A DNA stretch of 64,000 nt, taken from Felis catus (Eukaryota). Where the stretch lies: positions 91,824,001 through 91,888,000 of the forward strand of contig NC_058368.1 in NCBI RefSeq assembly GCF_018350175.1, given 5' to 3'. The position numbers and the translations under genes are program-made. This document shows positions 1 through 12,525 of this stretch, in pieces (position 1 is the first letter of the stretch; every line of letters starts with the position of its first letter). The notes below the pieces were generated by a model that saw only the letters and a list, made by a program, of their open reading frames with translations, did not search any database and had not been told where the DNA came from.

Positions 1-1108
1 AATGTTGCCTTATGCTCTAACTGTGTAACTGTGACACTGTGGGGACACTGCAGGAAAATCCTCATGCACGAGGGGAGCAGGAGAGCATTTCTTGGAGGGG
101 GTGACCCAGAAGCTGTGTTGGGAGGAGTTGGAGGAAGAAGGAGGGAGCTTCCAGGCAGCAGGAGCTCTGTAAAGCAAGTTCTAAGGCATTGCTAGTGGCT
201 GGGGGGTGGGGAGTGGGGTGGCGGAGGGGGGTGGGGGGGAATAAGGTGAGGCCAGGTTATGCAGGTTTTGATTGTTTTGATAAGGAATGTGAATTTTAGC
301 CTTTGGTTAGGGATTTCCAAATCAGTCTCCCTGGGACAGATTCATGAGATGCTCCTGGCACAAAGGGTTCCACAGCTGGAGAGACCTTCCATGCAACTTC
401 TCCTCCCCAAATCTCCACCTTGGATACTTGCAAAACGTATTATCATACTAAGGGCCCTGAGAGGTCCTGCAGCAAACACCTTTTTGGCTAATTACTGAGG
501 GTTTCCATTAAACCATCCTGTAGCCTTTCTGTTCCAGGAGAAGCATAACTCAGGCAGTAGGGAACCACTGCAGGTTTCAGTGCAAGGGAGTGACAGGGTT
601 GGATGCCCCTGACATGATGGAGGCAGGGAGTCTGCAAGGTGGCTGGTCAATGGCTAAGTCAGGACTTAGTAGCTCCAGGACGTCTGGGAAGGACCCAGCA
701 AAATCACTAGATGGGGAAGGAATTGACCACAGAAAGCAGGAGAGACAAGTAAGACAACAGGCTGCCTCAGGGCTCTGCTGATATGCTGCATCCCAGAGCC
801 TCCCTCCTCTCCATGCTGTCAGTGGTCATGATCCCCTGGGATGTTCTGAGTCCCGGAAAGGAGTAGTTGAGAAGGGCTCCTTCCTGCCAGCATGTGTTTA
901 CCTTCGGTAAGTGCAGGTCCTGTGTTCCCTTGAAGGCTCCAGATGACACCGGCTTCCCACAGAGCACATCTTGCTTTTCATTACCTTCCAAGAAGAGGGA
1001 AAACAGATTAAAGCCAATACACCCCCAGACTACCCCGGCCCCTAAATTCTTAAACAGAGTGGAGGACTGGATCTCCCATGAGACCATCAACACTAACACT
1101 AAAAACAC

Positions 1109-1314
1109 TTTTTTTTAAGTTTATTTATTTATTTTGAGAGAGACAGAGTGACCAGGGGAGGGGCAGAGAGAGGGAGAGAGAGAGAGAATCCCAAGCAGGC
1201 TCCGCACTATCAGCACAGAGCTCGATGCAGCACTTGAACTCACGAGACGTGAGATCATGACCTGAACTGAAACCAAGAGTTGGACACTTAACCGACTGAG
1301 CCACTCAGGCACCA
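1109..1314 (-). mobile_element. CanSINE (SINEC, tRNA-derived)
   Basis: Reverse complement of the GGTGCCTGAGTGGCTCAGTCGGTTAAG head, (CT)n body and A-rich tail. Confidence 0.95.
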
Positions 1315-1814
1315 CAAGACTTCTTGCATCCTAATCAGACCTGCTTGCTGGCAGAAGGCTTACATTTCAGGAGTCTGTCTCTCAATAATTATCTGTAAAG
1401 CACATGAGACTCCTCCGAGGGCAGAGAACTGCGTTTTCAGGTGTAACTTACAGACACTTGTCACAGGCGGCCTCACAGGAAAACCATACAGAAAATGAGT
1501 TTGGTGGAAAGGCGCAGAGTACAGGTGCTGGTGTGGGCAGGCCCAGGGGACAGAGGGGCTTTCTGCATTGTTCTGCTTCCGCTGTTTTCTGTCCTCAGTC
1601 AGGCAGCTCTTGTCAATGCTGCTGTAGCTGTAAAGTCTCCCAAGAAGACCTCGCAGGCAGATGGCTTACAGCTCAGTATTTTCCATCCTGTTTTCTATAA
1701 GGCCACCAGGGCCCCTACAGACCCTCTTCCCTGCCCTGGATGTGGAAGCCTGGAGAGGGGCACTCAGCTGGGATGCCACGGTCCCACGCTGCCAGTGGGG
1801 AGAACTCAGACTCA

Positions 1815-2093
1815 CTCCCTCATTCATTCATTCATTCATTCATTCATTCATACACTCATCCTGTGTTTATTGGGTGTGCTGTGTGGCCTGAACTTTGTAT
1901 TTGTGTTGGGGGTGAAAGATGAACAGGTGTGGGATGCCTGGCTGGCTCAGTTGGTTAAACATCTGACTTCGGCTCAGGTCATGATCTCACGGTCTGTGAG
2001 TTCAAGCCCCACGTTGGTCTCTCAGCTCTCAGCACAGAGCCTGCTTCAGATCTTCTGTCTCCCTCTCTCTCTGCTCCTCCCCAGCTCATGCTC

Positions 2094-2143
<50 letters not shown>

Positions 2144-2720
2144 AAAAATAAATATTTTTTTTAAAAAATCTGAACAGTCATGAGCCTCCCGGAGTTCTTG
2201 TTCCAGGAAAGGAGGCTGATAAGTAAACCCCAAAATACAGCCCATGTTAAAAGCAGCATGACTGAGAGAGCTGTGTCTATGGCACACTTAGATGCAGCAG
2301 TGTCTGATCCCACCCGGAGAGGTCACGGGCACGAGGCAGAACAGGGCTGATGCCAGAGCGGAGATGTTAGGGGAGAAGTAGGAGTGGGGGTGGGCACTTT
2401 CGAGCAGGGGGGTGCTCCAGGGGGAGGAGCCCGTGTGCAAATGCATGGAAGCCTGACTGAGCACAGTATCTTAAGGAGCTGGGAGTGGTTTGGTTTGACC
2501 AGAGCTTGACATTTGAAGAGCATGTGGAAGGAGATGAGGCGGAGAGGTGGAGGGTCCCGGGCCCATGGGATGGGAGGCTCAATCGCCACGCTAGAAAGTG
2601 TGGCTTTTCTCCAGGTGACTGTTTCTGGTGAGCCATGGAAGGTCCTTGGACAGGGTCATGGGGAGCCAGCAGCCCCAAGATAGAGAAAACAAGAAAGAGG
2701 GACCTGGGTAACATCAGCTC
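1815..2720 (-). mobile_element. L2 LINE 3' fragment, interrupted by a SINE
   Basis: (TTCA)n L2-type tail at 1819-1850 followed by degenerate L2-like sequence; boundaries approximate. Confidence 0.55.
1931..2168 (+). mobile_element. CanSINE carrying (GT)23
   Basis: GGGATGCCTGGCTGGCTCAG head; (GT)n at 2097-2142; flanked by a TGAACAG repeat (TSD-like). Confidence 0.95.
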
Positions 2721-3583
2721 CAGGGAGGATGAAGAGAAGGAAGAAGGAAATGGGATGTGGAAGGAGTGGACAGCCAGAGCCCCTGGGCAGAGATGAGCTC
2801 CAGAAGGGAAGTCTAGGGGCAAAACCAGGGTCTGCATATGGACACATGCTGCACCCATTTTAATAGTAAAATAATGGAAGCCACCTAGATGTCTGAGGGT
2901 AAGGGAAGATGGCCAAGTAAATCATAGGGCAGAGTGTGGAGCTGCGAAACATTATGGCAAAAGAAGCCTGTGTCACTCACAGCCATATGGAGTGTGGGTC
3001 TCACCATCTCGTGAGGACCCCCCCGCCCAGGATCAGAGCCACAGCCCCTCCTCCTCTTGGAGCCCACAATTGGGCTCTCCAGGTTTCCTGATGGGACAGG
3101 GGCGGGAGGTGAAGGGTCCTCTCTGTGCTGCTGACGCTTCCCTCCCGTGGGGGGGTGGGTACCCCAGGTCTCAGTGACCTGCGGGGACAGGAAGTTCAGT
3201 GAGGAAAACAGGACCCTCTCCCTTTTTGTCAGACCTCATGTCTCTACATATGCCCACTTGCCTTCATGTCAACAGGCTGGAAGCAAATGTCCAAAAATGG
3301 AAATATTTGTGTTAGGTCCGTGGGATTGTGGGTGGGTCTTGCCCCTAAATTTCCTGAAAATAATATATTGCCTTTTTAATAATAATATTGGAAAAAAACC
3401 CACATGCCCACATGCACAAAAAACCCTGGTTATATACAAGTGCAGTTTTCTGTGGCCGGCCACACGAGCTTTCATTCTGCCTGCTGTCGTTAATGCAGCG
3501 ACAAACTGGTAAACTCTGTATGCCTTGCTTCCTTCTGCTTTGATACAAGATGGCCTGGATACACGGATTTAAATTTTCCAAGA

Positions 3584-3750
3584 GAGGCGCCTGGGTGGCT
3601 CAGTCGGTTAAGTGTCTGACTTTGGCTCAGGTCATGATTTCATGGTTTGTGAGTTCGAGCCCCGCATCAGGCTCTGTGCTGACAGCTCAGAGCCTGGAGC
3701 CTGCTTCAGCTTCTGTGTCCCTCTTGTTCTCTGCCCCTCCCCCTCTCAAT

Positions 3751-3793
<43 letters not shown>

Positions 3794-3811
3794 AATAAAC
3801 ATTAAAAAATA
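3584..3811 (+). mobile_element. CanSINE
   Basis: Full head, (CT)n and tail; imperfect TSD TTTAAATTTTCCAAGA / TTTAAAATTTCAAGA. Confidence 0.95.
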
Positions 3812-5221
3812 TTTAAAATTTCAAGAAATGCCATGTTTATTATGAGTGTAGGGGAAATTGGTAAAATCTTATATGCATTCCATGTTAATACAGGTCGAAT
3901 GAGTCTCTTGAAAACCTTGGCAGCCAGTGTGGGAACTCTGATTCCATGGTCCCAGGTTTATCAGGTTTATCATTGATGCCTTTGAAGGTGGGCATGGCTG
4001 AGCCTGGCTCTCGCCTCTGGGGAGTGCCCACTTTGGGTTCACGGTCACTCTGCGAACACTGGTGTAATCAACACCAAACCAAGAAGTTGGGGCAGATCAT
4101 TTGGAGAGAGCCCACAGGTTGCATATCACCCATCGTGGGCAGTTTCAGAGGAAGAGCACAAGAGAAACTTCCTCACATGAACATTTCCAGAGCGGGGGCA
4201 CATTGCTCCCAGGAGGGCAGGGAGAATGTGCCCATCTCCCCCCACCCCAACTCAGAAGTGGGCAAGGCTCCTGGAGCCCCGAGAGTCTAGGGCGGGCAGG
4301 GCTTACACCCCCTGGGGGGGGGGGGTGGTAGGGGGGTGGAGTAAAGGGCCAGGAAACTGAGGCAGCACAAATATTTCCATTTTTGGACATCTGCTTCCAG
4401 CCTGTTGACATGAAGGCATGTGGGCATATGTGGACAGATGAGGTCTGATAAAGCATCGGTCTGTTTTCCTCCCTGAACCTCCTGCCCCTCACTGGTCACC
4501 AAGTATCCACACCCCAGGAGAGGGAAGCATCAGCAGTGCAGAGGGGTCCCCCACCCCCCAGCCTTGCCCCCTCAGGAGAAGACCCTGAAAGGAAATGGTG
4601 TTCCTGGGTAGGAAGAGCTCCTGGAGATGGGGAGACCCTCACTCCATATGACTATGGGTGTAACAGGTCCCCTGCTGTGAAGGTCTCCAGGAGCCCCCAC
4701 ACCCAGACCCGCCTCCCATACTTGTTTTCCAGGCTGTGGGCACAAGTCCAGCCACCAACGGGCTGCCCCAGGGGTCCTGCCTGTGTCAGAAGTGCTCAGG
4801 CTTCAGGGAGTGTGCTCCCGGATCGGGAGTGGAGGGACCCCAGTAGGCTTGGTTCTAATAGGGGCAGTGAGTGTGGCCCACACACCTCAGGAATGCAAGC
4901 GTCTCTAGTGGCCTCTTGCTAACATTTTATGAGGCTTTCTGTTAGGGGCTATTTCTCTCTGGGGGGAACTCCATACCCCAGGCTGTGCCGGGAAGTTTGG
5001 TACCCAGGTCTAGGCACAGGGCACGCTCTCACTGCACCCCCCTCAGAAGTACCCGCACATCACAGAGGTCCCAACGGCTCCAACATCAGAACACCTGAGA
5101 GTGAATCCAGGCCTGCCTCCCACCCACTGAGCCTTGGTTTCCCCTTCTGCAAACCCCGACCTCACAGGGTGGGGATAGAATCAGCTCTGGGGAGGGAAGG
5201 GAGTTGAAGGTGCCCAACTGA

Positions 5222-5684
5222 GGGGCACCTGGGTGACTTAGTTGGTTAGGTGTCCGACTTTTCGTTCACACAGGTCATGATCTCGTGGTTTGTGAATTTG
5301 AGCCCTGTATGGGGCTCTCTGTCGTCAGCACCGAGCCCGCTTTGGATCCTCTGTCCCCCTCTCTCTCTCTGCCCATTCCCTGCTCATGCCCTCTCTCCCT
5401 CTCTTCTCAAAAATAAATAAACATTAGGGGTGCCTGGGTGGCTCAGTCGGTTGAGCATCCGACTTCAGCTCAGGTCATGATTTCCCTGTTTGTGAGTTCG
5501 AGCCCACATCAGGCTCTGTACTGACAGCACAGAGCCTGGAGCCTGGTTTGGATTTCATGTCTCCTCTCTCTCTGCCCCTCCCCAGCTTGCACTTTGTCTC
5601 TCTCTGTCTCTCAAAAAAATAAATAAACATTAAAAAAATTTTTTTTAAATAAACGTTAAAAAAATTTTAATTACGAAAAAAAAC
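5222..5684 (+). mobile_element. Two CanSINEs; the second (5427-5646) sits in the tail of the first
   Basis: Two heads; outer TSD GCCCAACTGAGGGG / GCCCAGCTGAGGGG. Confidence 0.93.
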
Positions 5685-6040
5685 AGGGGCCCAGCTGAGG
5701 GGTCACTGTTATGGGCCACCTGTTTCCCTGGCTCGGGGTCACACAGGCCCCTGGGAAGGACTTCACTCAAAGCCGTCCATGTGGCCTCCATAATGCCATG
5801 GCCTCAGGGGAGCTCAGGGAGGAGAAACCAGCCTTTGAAAAGCTGTGACCTTGTTTATGACCCGGATGAACATCTCTGGGATTTCCTGAGGCTTCAGTCT
5901 CATGTCAAGACCTCATGAAGCCTGTTTTATGAGAAAACAGGCAGTCCAGGTAGAGGCAGTGAGGGGGGCTGTGCCACGCTGCCTGGGCTTGGTGTGTTTT
6001 CGGTGACTGGGTCAACACCGCTTTTGACACCTGTTATTTC

Positions 6041-6265
6041 TTTTTTTGTTGTTTTAATTTTTTTTTTATTTTCTTTTATTTAGAGGAGACAGAGAGCACA
6101 AGCAGGGGAGGGGCAGAGAGAGAGACAGAGAGAATTCCAAGCAGGCTCTGTCCTGACGGCGTGGAGCCCCATGCAGGCAGGGCTTGAGTTCATGAACCGT
6201 GAGATCATGACCTGAACCAAAACCAAGAATCGGATGCTTAATCGACTGAGCCACCCAGGCGCCCC
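6041..6265 (-). mobile_element. CanSINE
   Basis: Ends in GCCACCCAGGCGCCCC; T-rich tail at left. Confidence 0.95.
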
Positions 6266-6379
6266 TGACATGTCATTTCTTAAACATGCCTCCTCAGTCA
6301 GCCTTATTTCACAATCACTGTTCTTTCGATTTGAGCAGCCTCTCTTGAGAGGGAAGATGTGCCCGGGGACACCGTAAAG

Positions 6380-6800
6380 TCTGTGATTCGGTAGCACTTA
6401 GTACAGTCACAGTGTTGTGCAACCATCACCAACTAGTTCCAGAACCTTGTCATTGCCCTAAAGGGAAATCCAGCACCCTTTTGCGGTAACTCCCCTTTCC
6501 CCCCTCCCCCAGCCCCTGACAACCACTAATCTGCTTTCCGTCCCTGTGGCTTTACGTATTCTGGACGTTTTGTACAAATGGACCCATCCAGGATGTGACC
6601 GTTTGTGTCTGTCTCCTTTCACTCGGCATAATGTCATGGAGGTTCATCCATGTTGTAGCAGAGAACCAGCACATTATTCCTTTTTATGGCTCAGTAATAT
6701 GGACAGACCACATTTTGTTTATCCATTCATCTGTCAAGGGACCTTTGTGGCTGTTGTGAATAGTGCCCTCAGTGAACACTCATCTGCAAGGTTTTGTTCT
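6380..6800 (-). mobile_element. L1M (L1MB/MC-like) 3' fragment
   Basis: GTTGTGCAACCATCACC...ACAACCACTAATCTGCTTTC...GACCACATTTTGTTTATCCATTCATC, typical of antisense L1 3' ends. Confidence 0.85.
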
Positions 6801-6806
6801 TGGCTT

Positions 6807-6922
6807 ATTTTCTTTTTAAGTTTTATTTGTTTAAGTAATCGCTACACCCCACACAGGGCTCGAACTCAGGACCCGAAGATCAAGAGTCTCATGTTCTTCT
6901 GACTGAGCCAGCCAGGCTCCCC
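6807..6922 (-). mobile_element. Short CanSINE variant lacking the (CT)n body
   Basis: GGGCTCGAACTCAGGACCCGAAGATCAAGAG...GACTGAGCCAGCCAGG; perfect TSD TGTTCTTGGCTTATTT. Confidence 0.9.
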
Positions 6923-6984
6923 ATGTTCTTGGCTTATTTTTTAAATAATATGTTTAGTGAGCATTCAGTGGGTTACTCAGATTG

Positions 6985-7120
6985 TCTCATTTTTCCCTCA
7001 GGGAACCCTATGAGATAGGTCCTGTAATGACCTCCATTGTACAGACAGGAAAACTGAGGCACAAAGGAATTAAGTTGCCCAAGGTCACATGACTGATGCG
7101 TGGAGCCCAGATTCTTACCA
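6985..7120 (-). mobile_element. MIR
   Basis: CCATTGTACAGACAGGAAAACTGAGGCACA...TTGCCCAAGGTCACA core. Confidence 0.85.
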
Positions 7121-7743
7121 CAGTCAATACAGAAATGAGGTTGGTCCTGATGTCTCCTACCATCGAGGCCTTTTTCTCACGGCCGGCGATATGTAAACAG
7201 ATGGCATATTGCCTCTAAGTCACACTAATGGCACCTGAGCCTGGGAGCCATCATCCCACCCAACCTCAGCCTCCACCCTGAAGAGCATCAGGGGGCTGTT
7301 GAGGATACCACCAGATCCTTCCTCGAGAGATCAGCAGAGGGTTCAGTGGCCTACCACCCTCACCCAGGCTTTAAGGAGAAAAGCAATGTTCTACCTCCAG
7401 GTGAGGGTCCAGGTTTCCACACAAAGTCCTGGGGCACATGGGACAGCTAACTGGGGACTTGTGTCATCCCCTGTCCACCTGCCTAGGAAACCATGGGACA
7501 GTCTTCTGGGGCTGACAGAGTCCCTGGAGGTTGAGGTAGCCAACAGCCCAGGCAGAGTCTTGGGCCTGAAGAGTTGGAAGGGGAATGGCCAGGCTGAGGA
7601 AAAAGCTGGCCTCGAGCCCTCCCTCTGCGGGACCTTGTCCTGTGTTTCCTGACACAGGTGGGGTCAGAGCAGAGCTCTTGTTTGAAGTCTGACCCAGGTG
7701 GGGCAGGAGCAAGGCAGGACTGGAGTGAAGCGTTCAGCTTAGA

Positions 7744-7929
7744 GCAGTGGTTCTCAAAGTGTGGTCCCCACACCAGCAGCAGCAGCTCCTGGGAAGTCTC
7801 CAGAAATTAGAAATGCATATTTTTGAGGTCCACCCAGACCTAACTGGGGGGAAGGTTGAGGGGGCCGCACTCTGTGTGTTAACAGGTCTGCCAGGTAATT
7901 CGGATGCATGTCAAGTTTGAGAACCACTC
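7744..7929. mobile_element. MER5A-type hAT-Charlie MITE
   Basis: Terminal inverted repeats AGTGGTTCTCAAA ... TTTGAGAACCACT with a MER5A-like interior. Confidence 0.85.
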
Positions 7930-9204
7930 AAACTTAATGGAGACCCTCCCATCTCCTGTCTGTCTTTCAGGAGCGGGCCAGAGGCTGAGGCCAGCCGTCT
8001 GGTGAGGACTCTCACCGCCCAGGTCTGCCCTCATGTGTACCCGCTTTCCTCCTTGCCCGCTTCCCTCCGCACCCGCCCTTGCAGTCCCTGGTTGCCAGCT
8101 GGATTCACTTTTCTTCCAGGCTGCCCTGAATCACAACTGACATTCAGCATTACGACTTTTCCCCTCAGGGGCCTCTTGCCTGAGAGGCCTGGGAGGAGGT
8201 GGGGAACTGGAGCAGAGCCCAGCGGTAGAGACAGTTCCCAGCCCCCGTGGCCACACTGGGCTTCTCTATCTGTAGTCCTGGGTCAGGGCTCTCTTTTCCT
8301 TAACACTCCTCTCTGGGGTTCAAGGCTTCATTTCTCACTTCCTGGGAGTGAAGAGGGCTTAGAATTTACTGATACCTTGTGAGGAGCACAGCACCCACTA
8401 GGCTCAGTGGGACCCCAGGATGCATCCAGCTGGCCCAGCCACTCCCCCCAAACTTTATCGCTGGGCTGGGCCACCAGTGGAGTATCCATGCACTGCCCCC
8501 CTCAGGCCCCATCCTCCTCTGGGTCATATGCCCCTGGTCCCCCGTTAGTCCCCTTCACTTGAGGAGGAAGAAGGAGTAGCCGGGGTCTCTAGCTTTAACC
8601 TCTTTCCATTGTTATGGAATAAACTCTAGACTTGCATAAAGTTTCAAAAGAACTGATTTTGAAACAAAAAACCCTAGAAGTTGACTTTTTTTTTTTTTTT
8701 TTTTTGCTTTTCATTCCCACCCTAAAAACCCAACTTTCCCTCTAGGCCATGTGGGTGCCTCTGATCAGGAGCCAGGGTGCTTGCTGGCCCCAAACATCTT
8801 GAATTGTGGCTCTGCCCATGCCCGCTGTGTGGCCTTGGGCAGACAAGCCAGCCTCTCTGGGCCTCAGCCTCCCAGCTTAGAAAGCTCAGCCCCACAGGCA
8901 CTGTGCTGAAACCAGCTTCTTCAGGAAGACTCCAGGGTCATGTGGTGCCCCAAAATAGGCGTCTCTGCATAGTCAGACTCAGGAGAGACTCGGGGTCAGG
9001 ACTGCATTATCCTTGGGAAGCCCCTGGATTCCCCACAGGAGAGGGAACATGCCAGTTCGATCAAAGAAATCCAGGCCTACACATCCTTTGGTTAGTGCCA
9101 GGTTCAGAGAAACATAATACCCATGAGCACTGTGCTTACTGGACCATGCAAGGGACTTTCTGGGTAATTATTAATCAGGCACCCCTTTCACGTACCCCTT
9201 TAGG

Positions 9205-9430
9205 GTTTTTTGTTTTTTTTTTAATTTTAACACTTATTCATTTTTGAGAGACAGAAAGACAGAGTGTGAGTGGGGAGGGGCAGAGAGAGAGGGAGACACA
9301 GAATCTGAAGCAGACTCCAGGCTCCGAGCTGTCAGCGCAGAGCCCGGCGCGGGGCTCGAACCCACAGACCTGGAGATCATGACCCGAACTGAAGTCAGAC
9401 GCTTAACCGACTGAGCCACCCAGGCACCCG
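9205..9430 (-). mobile_element. CanSINE
   Basis: Full reverse-complement element. Confidence 0.95.
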
Positions 9431-10189
9431 CCTCTTTAGGTTTTAATCCGCCGTCTTCACTGTGCCTGTCTAGGCAGCCAGGAGAGCCTACTGTGTGCCC
9501 TTCAGCCTTCCCGGCGGAGGGTGGAGAAGAGGTGAGCTGGTAGCCCCCACTGTGGCTCGTGAAGCCTCCACACTCCCCTAAGTGCTCAGCAGAGCTGGCT
9601 GCCAGCCTACTGTCCTCCCCTTCAAGCTGAAAGGGCTCCATAAAAGCCACTTCAGATGGGTCCAGTTGACGGGTAAGGGCCAGGAGGGGTCAGAGCCTGG
9701 GGCCACTTCAGTGACTGTGGGCCAGGGAGGTTGGAGCCTCTGATTTTTTTCAAGCAAGGAATCACGACTGTAAGGTGACATAGCAGTCACACCTTAGAGC
9801 CAGCCTCGCTGGATGTGCTCTACCCTGCCTCTCCCCCTAACAGCTGCCCCAGCCTCCCCCTGATACTAGCCTCTCCCCCCTCCCCTGCCCCCGGCCCTGG
9901 AAGGGTCTCCCCTGCCTCAGGCACTTATTTGTACTTAGCAGGACATTTGGGGACAGGTGGGGTCCACACCTCTGCATGTGCAGCCTTGAGTCCTGTCCTG
10001 GTGATTCCTCCCTCTTACAGGGGCTCATCCCCCAACTTGCTGAAGACCTAGACCTGTGTGCTGTTCCCCACCCCCACCCCACCCCATGTCCAAGGCTGGC
10101 ACCCTCCCCAGCATTTCCTTTAAGGCCTGACTCAAATGTCACTTTCCATTCACTCCTGGTTTTCAAACTGCTGGAAAAAAAAATGTTTC

Positions 10190-10318
10190 CATGTAAAAAA
10201 AAATTTTTTTTTAATACGTTACATTAAAAATAATGAATAATGAATGAAATCAACTGCAATTGCAAAATCAAAACTTGGAACTTAGGATTACATGCTGTGG
10301 GTGGCAATGTCGTTTCCC
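10190..10318 (-). other. Candidate terminal exon (hypothetical)
   Basis: About 55-nt pyrimidine tract (plus 10325-10380), AAG acceptor, ATTAAA at plus 10210-10215 and a downstream U-rich tract. Confidence 0.2.
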
Positions 10319-10955
10319 CTTTTGGAGAAAAGAAAGAAAATAAGAAGGACACGCAAAAGCAAACAGAAAAGAGAAAGCCACACAAAAATAGTACAAGCCC
10401 TGGAAACCCAAGAATGCTACGTTTTTACGCAGCTACGCGAGAGTATCCGCTCCCCACTGCTGGGTCACACATTGGTACTCGGGCTGTGCTCCCCTCAGCA
10501 AAGTCACCTGTGACCTAGGATCACAGTCCCATCTACGGGGTGTGGTCTTCAACTGCTCTGACTCTGGCTAATGTATGACCTGTCCACTTTTCCCTGCTCT
10601 CAAATGTCCTTGCCATGTTTCCTCAGTGGCATCAGAAAGGCTTTGGCCAAAAAAACCCACCCCAAATATGGAATTTTCTATCCCCTAAAGAGTGGCATGC
10701 ATGTATAGTTCATTAAGATTCACAAAACACCTTCACATCAATGGTATTATTTGTGGGGTTGTGTGTGAGGCAATGTGGGGTCAGGAACAGCCCTTGTGGA
10801 CCAGTCTGTAGAACAGGATTCCAATTCCAACCTGAGGCTGGTGGTAGCGGGGGGTGGGGGGGGGATGCTCCCTGAGCCTCAGTTTCCCCGTCTGTAAAAT
10901 AAACAGGTTGGACGTGATGGGTGGTTTCTTTTTCCTTGTTTTGTTTGTATTCTTG

Positions 10956-11155
10956 TTTTTTTTTTTTTTTTGTTTAATGTTCGTTTATTTATTTTGAGAG
11001 AGAAAGAGCAGGGGAGAGGCAAAGAGAATCCCAGGCAGGCTCTGTTCTGGCAGCACAGAGTCCAAGTTGGGGCTTGAACTCATGAACCATGGGATCATGA
11101 CCTGAGCCAAAATCAAGAGTCAGACGCTTAGCCAACTGAGCTACCCAGGGGCCCC
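10956..11155 (-). mobile_element. CanSINE
   Basis: Reverse-complement element with T-rich tail. Confidence 0.93.
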
Positions 11156-11230
11156 TATTTTTTTGTTTTTATAGGTCTGTCTCTTTTTTCTCTATTAATT
11201 ACGGGAGTCATACATGATCTCTTGCTTACT

Positions 11231-11852
11231 GTCTCAGACTGTTTGAGCTGTTATAACAGAATACTGTAGCCTGGGTGGCTTACAAAGGACAGACATCTGT
11301 TCCTCACAGTTCCCAAGGCTGGAAGGCCAAGACCAAGGCGCCAGCAGATTGGGTGTCTGGTGGGGCCACCGCTTCCTGGTTCATAGATGGCCTTCTCTCT
11401 GTGTCTTCATGTGGAGGAAGGAGCAAGGGAGTTCTGGGGTCTCCTTTATCAGGGCACTAATCCCACCATGAGGGCCCCACCCTTGTGACCTAATCATTTC
11501 TCAAAGGCCCATCACATTGAGTGTCAAGATTTCAAAGTATGGGGGTGTCTGGGTGGCTCAGTCATTTAAGTGTCTAGCTCTTGATTTCAGCTCAGGTCGT
11601 GATCTCACAGTTGGTGAGACTGAGCCCCGCTTCAGACTGTGCTTACAGTGCAGAACCTGTGTCGTATTCTCTCTTTTTTTCTCTCTCTCTCCCTCTCCCT
11701 CTCTCTTCCTCTTTCCCTCTCTCTCCCTCTCTCTGCCCTGTTCCCCTTGTACATGCACACTTGCTCTCTCTCTCAAATTAAAAATAAATAAACTTTAAAA
11801 AAAGATTTCAAACTATGAAACTGGAAGGAACATAAAGATACAGTCTGTAGCA
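11231..11852 (-). mobile_element. MLT1A-like MaLR LTR, split by a SINE
   Basis: GCTGTTATAACAGAATAC...CTCACAGTTC...GGCTGGAAG...CAAGGCGCCAGCAGATT; resumes after 11803. Confidence 0.8.
11541..11803 (+). mobile_element. CanSINE inserted in MLT1
   Basis: TSD AAGATTTCAAA(G/C)TATG on both sides. Confidence 0.93.
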
Positions 11853-12256
11853 CTTATTAGAAAAATAAAAACATAAGCAATACAAAAGTATATAGAATAA
11901 AATGTCAAAGTCCACCTTTCTCCCTACAGGATCTTTCTCACCAGGGGTCTCTCACTATTACCAGATTCCTGTGGCTCCATCCTGGCTTTTCTCTATACAT
12001 TTATATACACATAGGTGAGCACAAGCAGAGAATTTTGTTTTATTTTGACTTTTTTTTTTTTTTACATTTCTAATACCATTGCCTACAATAGCATCTGACT
12101 CATCAGATACTTTGCAAATTTTTGTTGCATGGCTAAATTAGCACTTTTTTTTGTTGTTGGTTTTTTTTTTCAACTGAACGCTATGTCTTGGAGATCTTGC
12201 TGTGTTTTCTGACTGCCTCAGAGAGGTGCAATAATTGAATCCCACTTTCTCTGCTA

Positions 12257-12525
12257 CAGGTCACCATATATTCTCCAGTTCCTTGGGGTTTGGCATGTGC
12301 AGAATTCAAAATTGCTCCATTTTAGAAAGGCAATATGCACAAGGCAGCCCCCCGTAACCAGACACGCTAACGGTTCTGCAGGAAAATGTATAAATGAAGC
12401 GGGATGCATAAAATCTGTGAACAGCCTCACATCAGGGTGGGCTTGCCTCCAGATGATCCTGCCAGAGGTAGACTCTCTGCTTAGAGCTTTTGGGGTCCAG
12501 GATAAGCGCTTTTGGGTTTCAGGCT
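12257..12525. mobile_element. MER46C-like Tigger MITE
   Basis: CCTTGGGG...AGAATTCAAAATT...TTTTAGAAAGGCAAT...GGCAGCCCCCCGTAACCAGACAC...AGCCTCACATCAG...AGAGCTTTTGG resembles the remembered MER46C consensus. Confidence 0.7.

Noticed and set aside
4895..4916. CTCF-like motif (reverse complement GGCCACTAGAGACGC)
   Set aside because: Mismatches in the core; not supportable without PWM scoring or ChIP data
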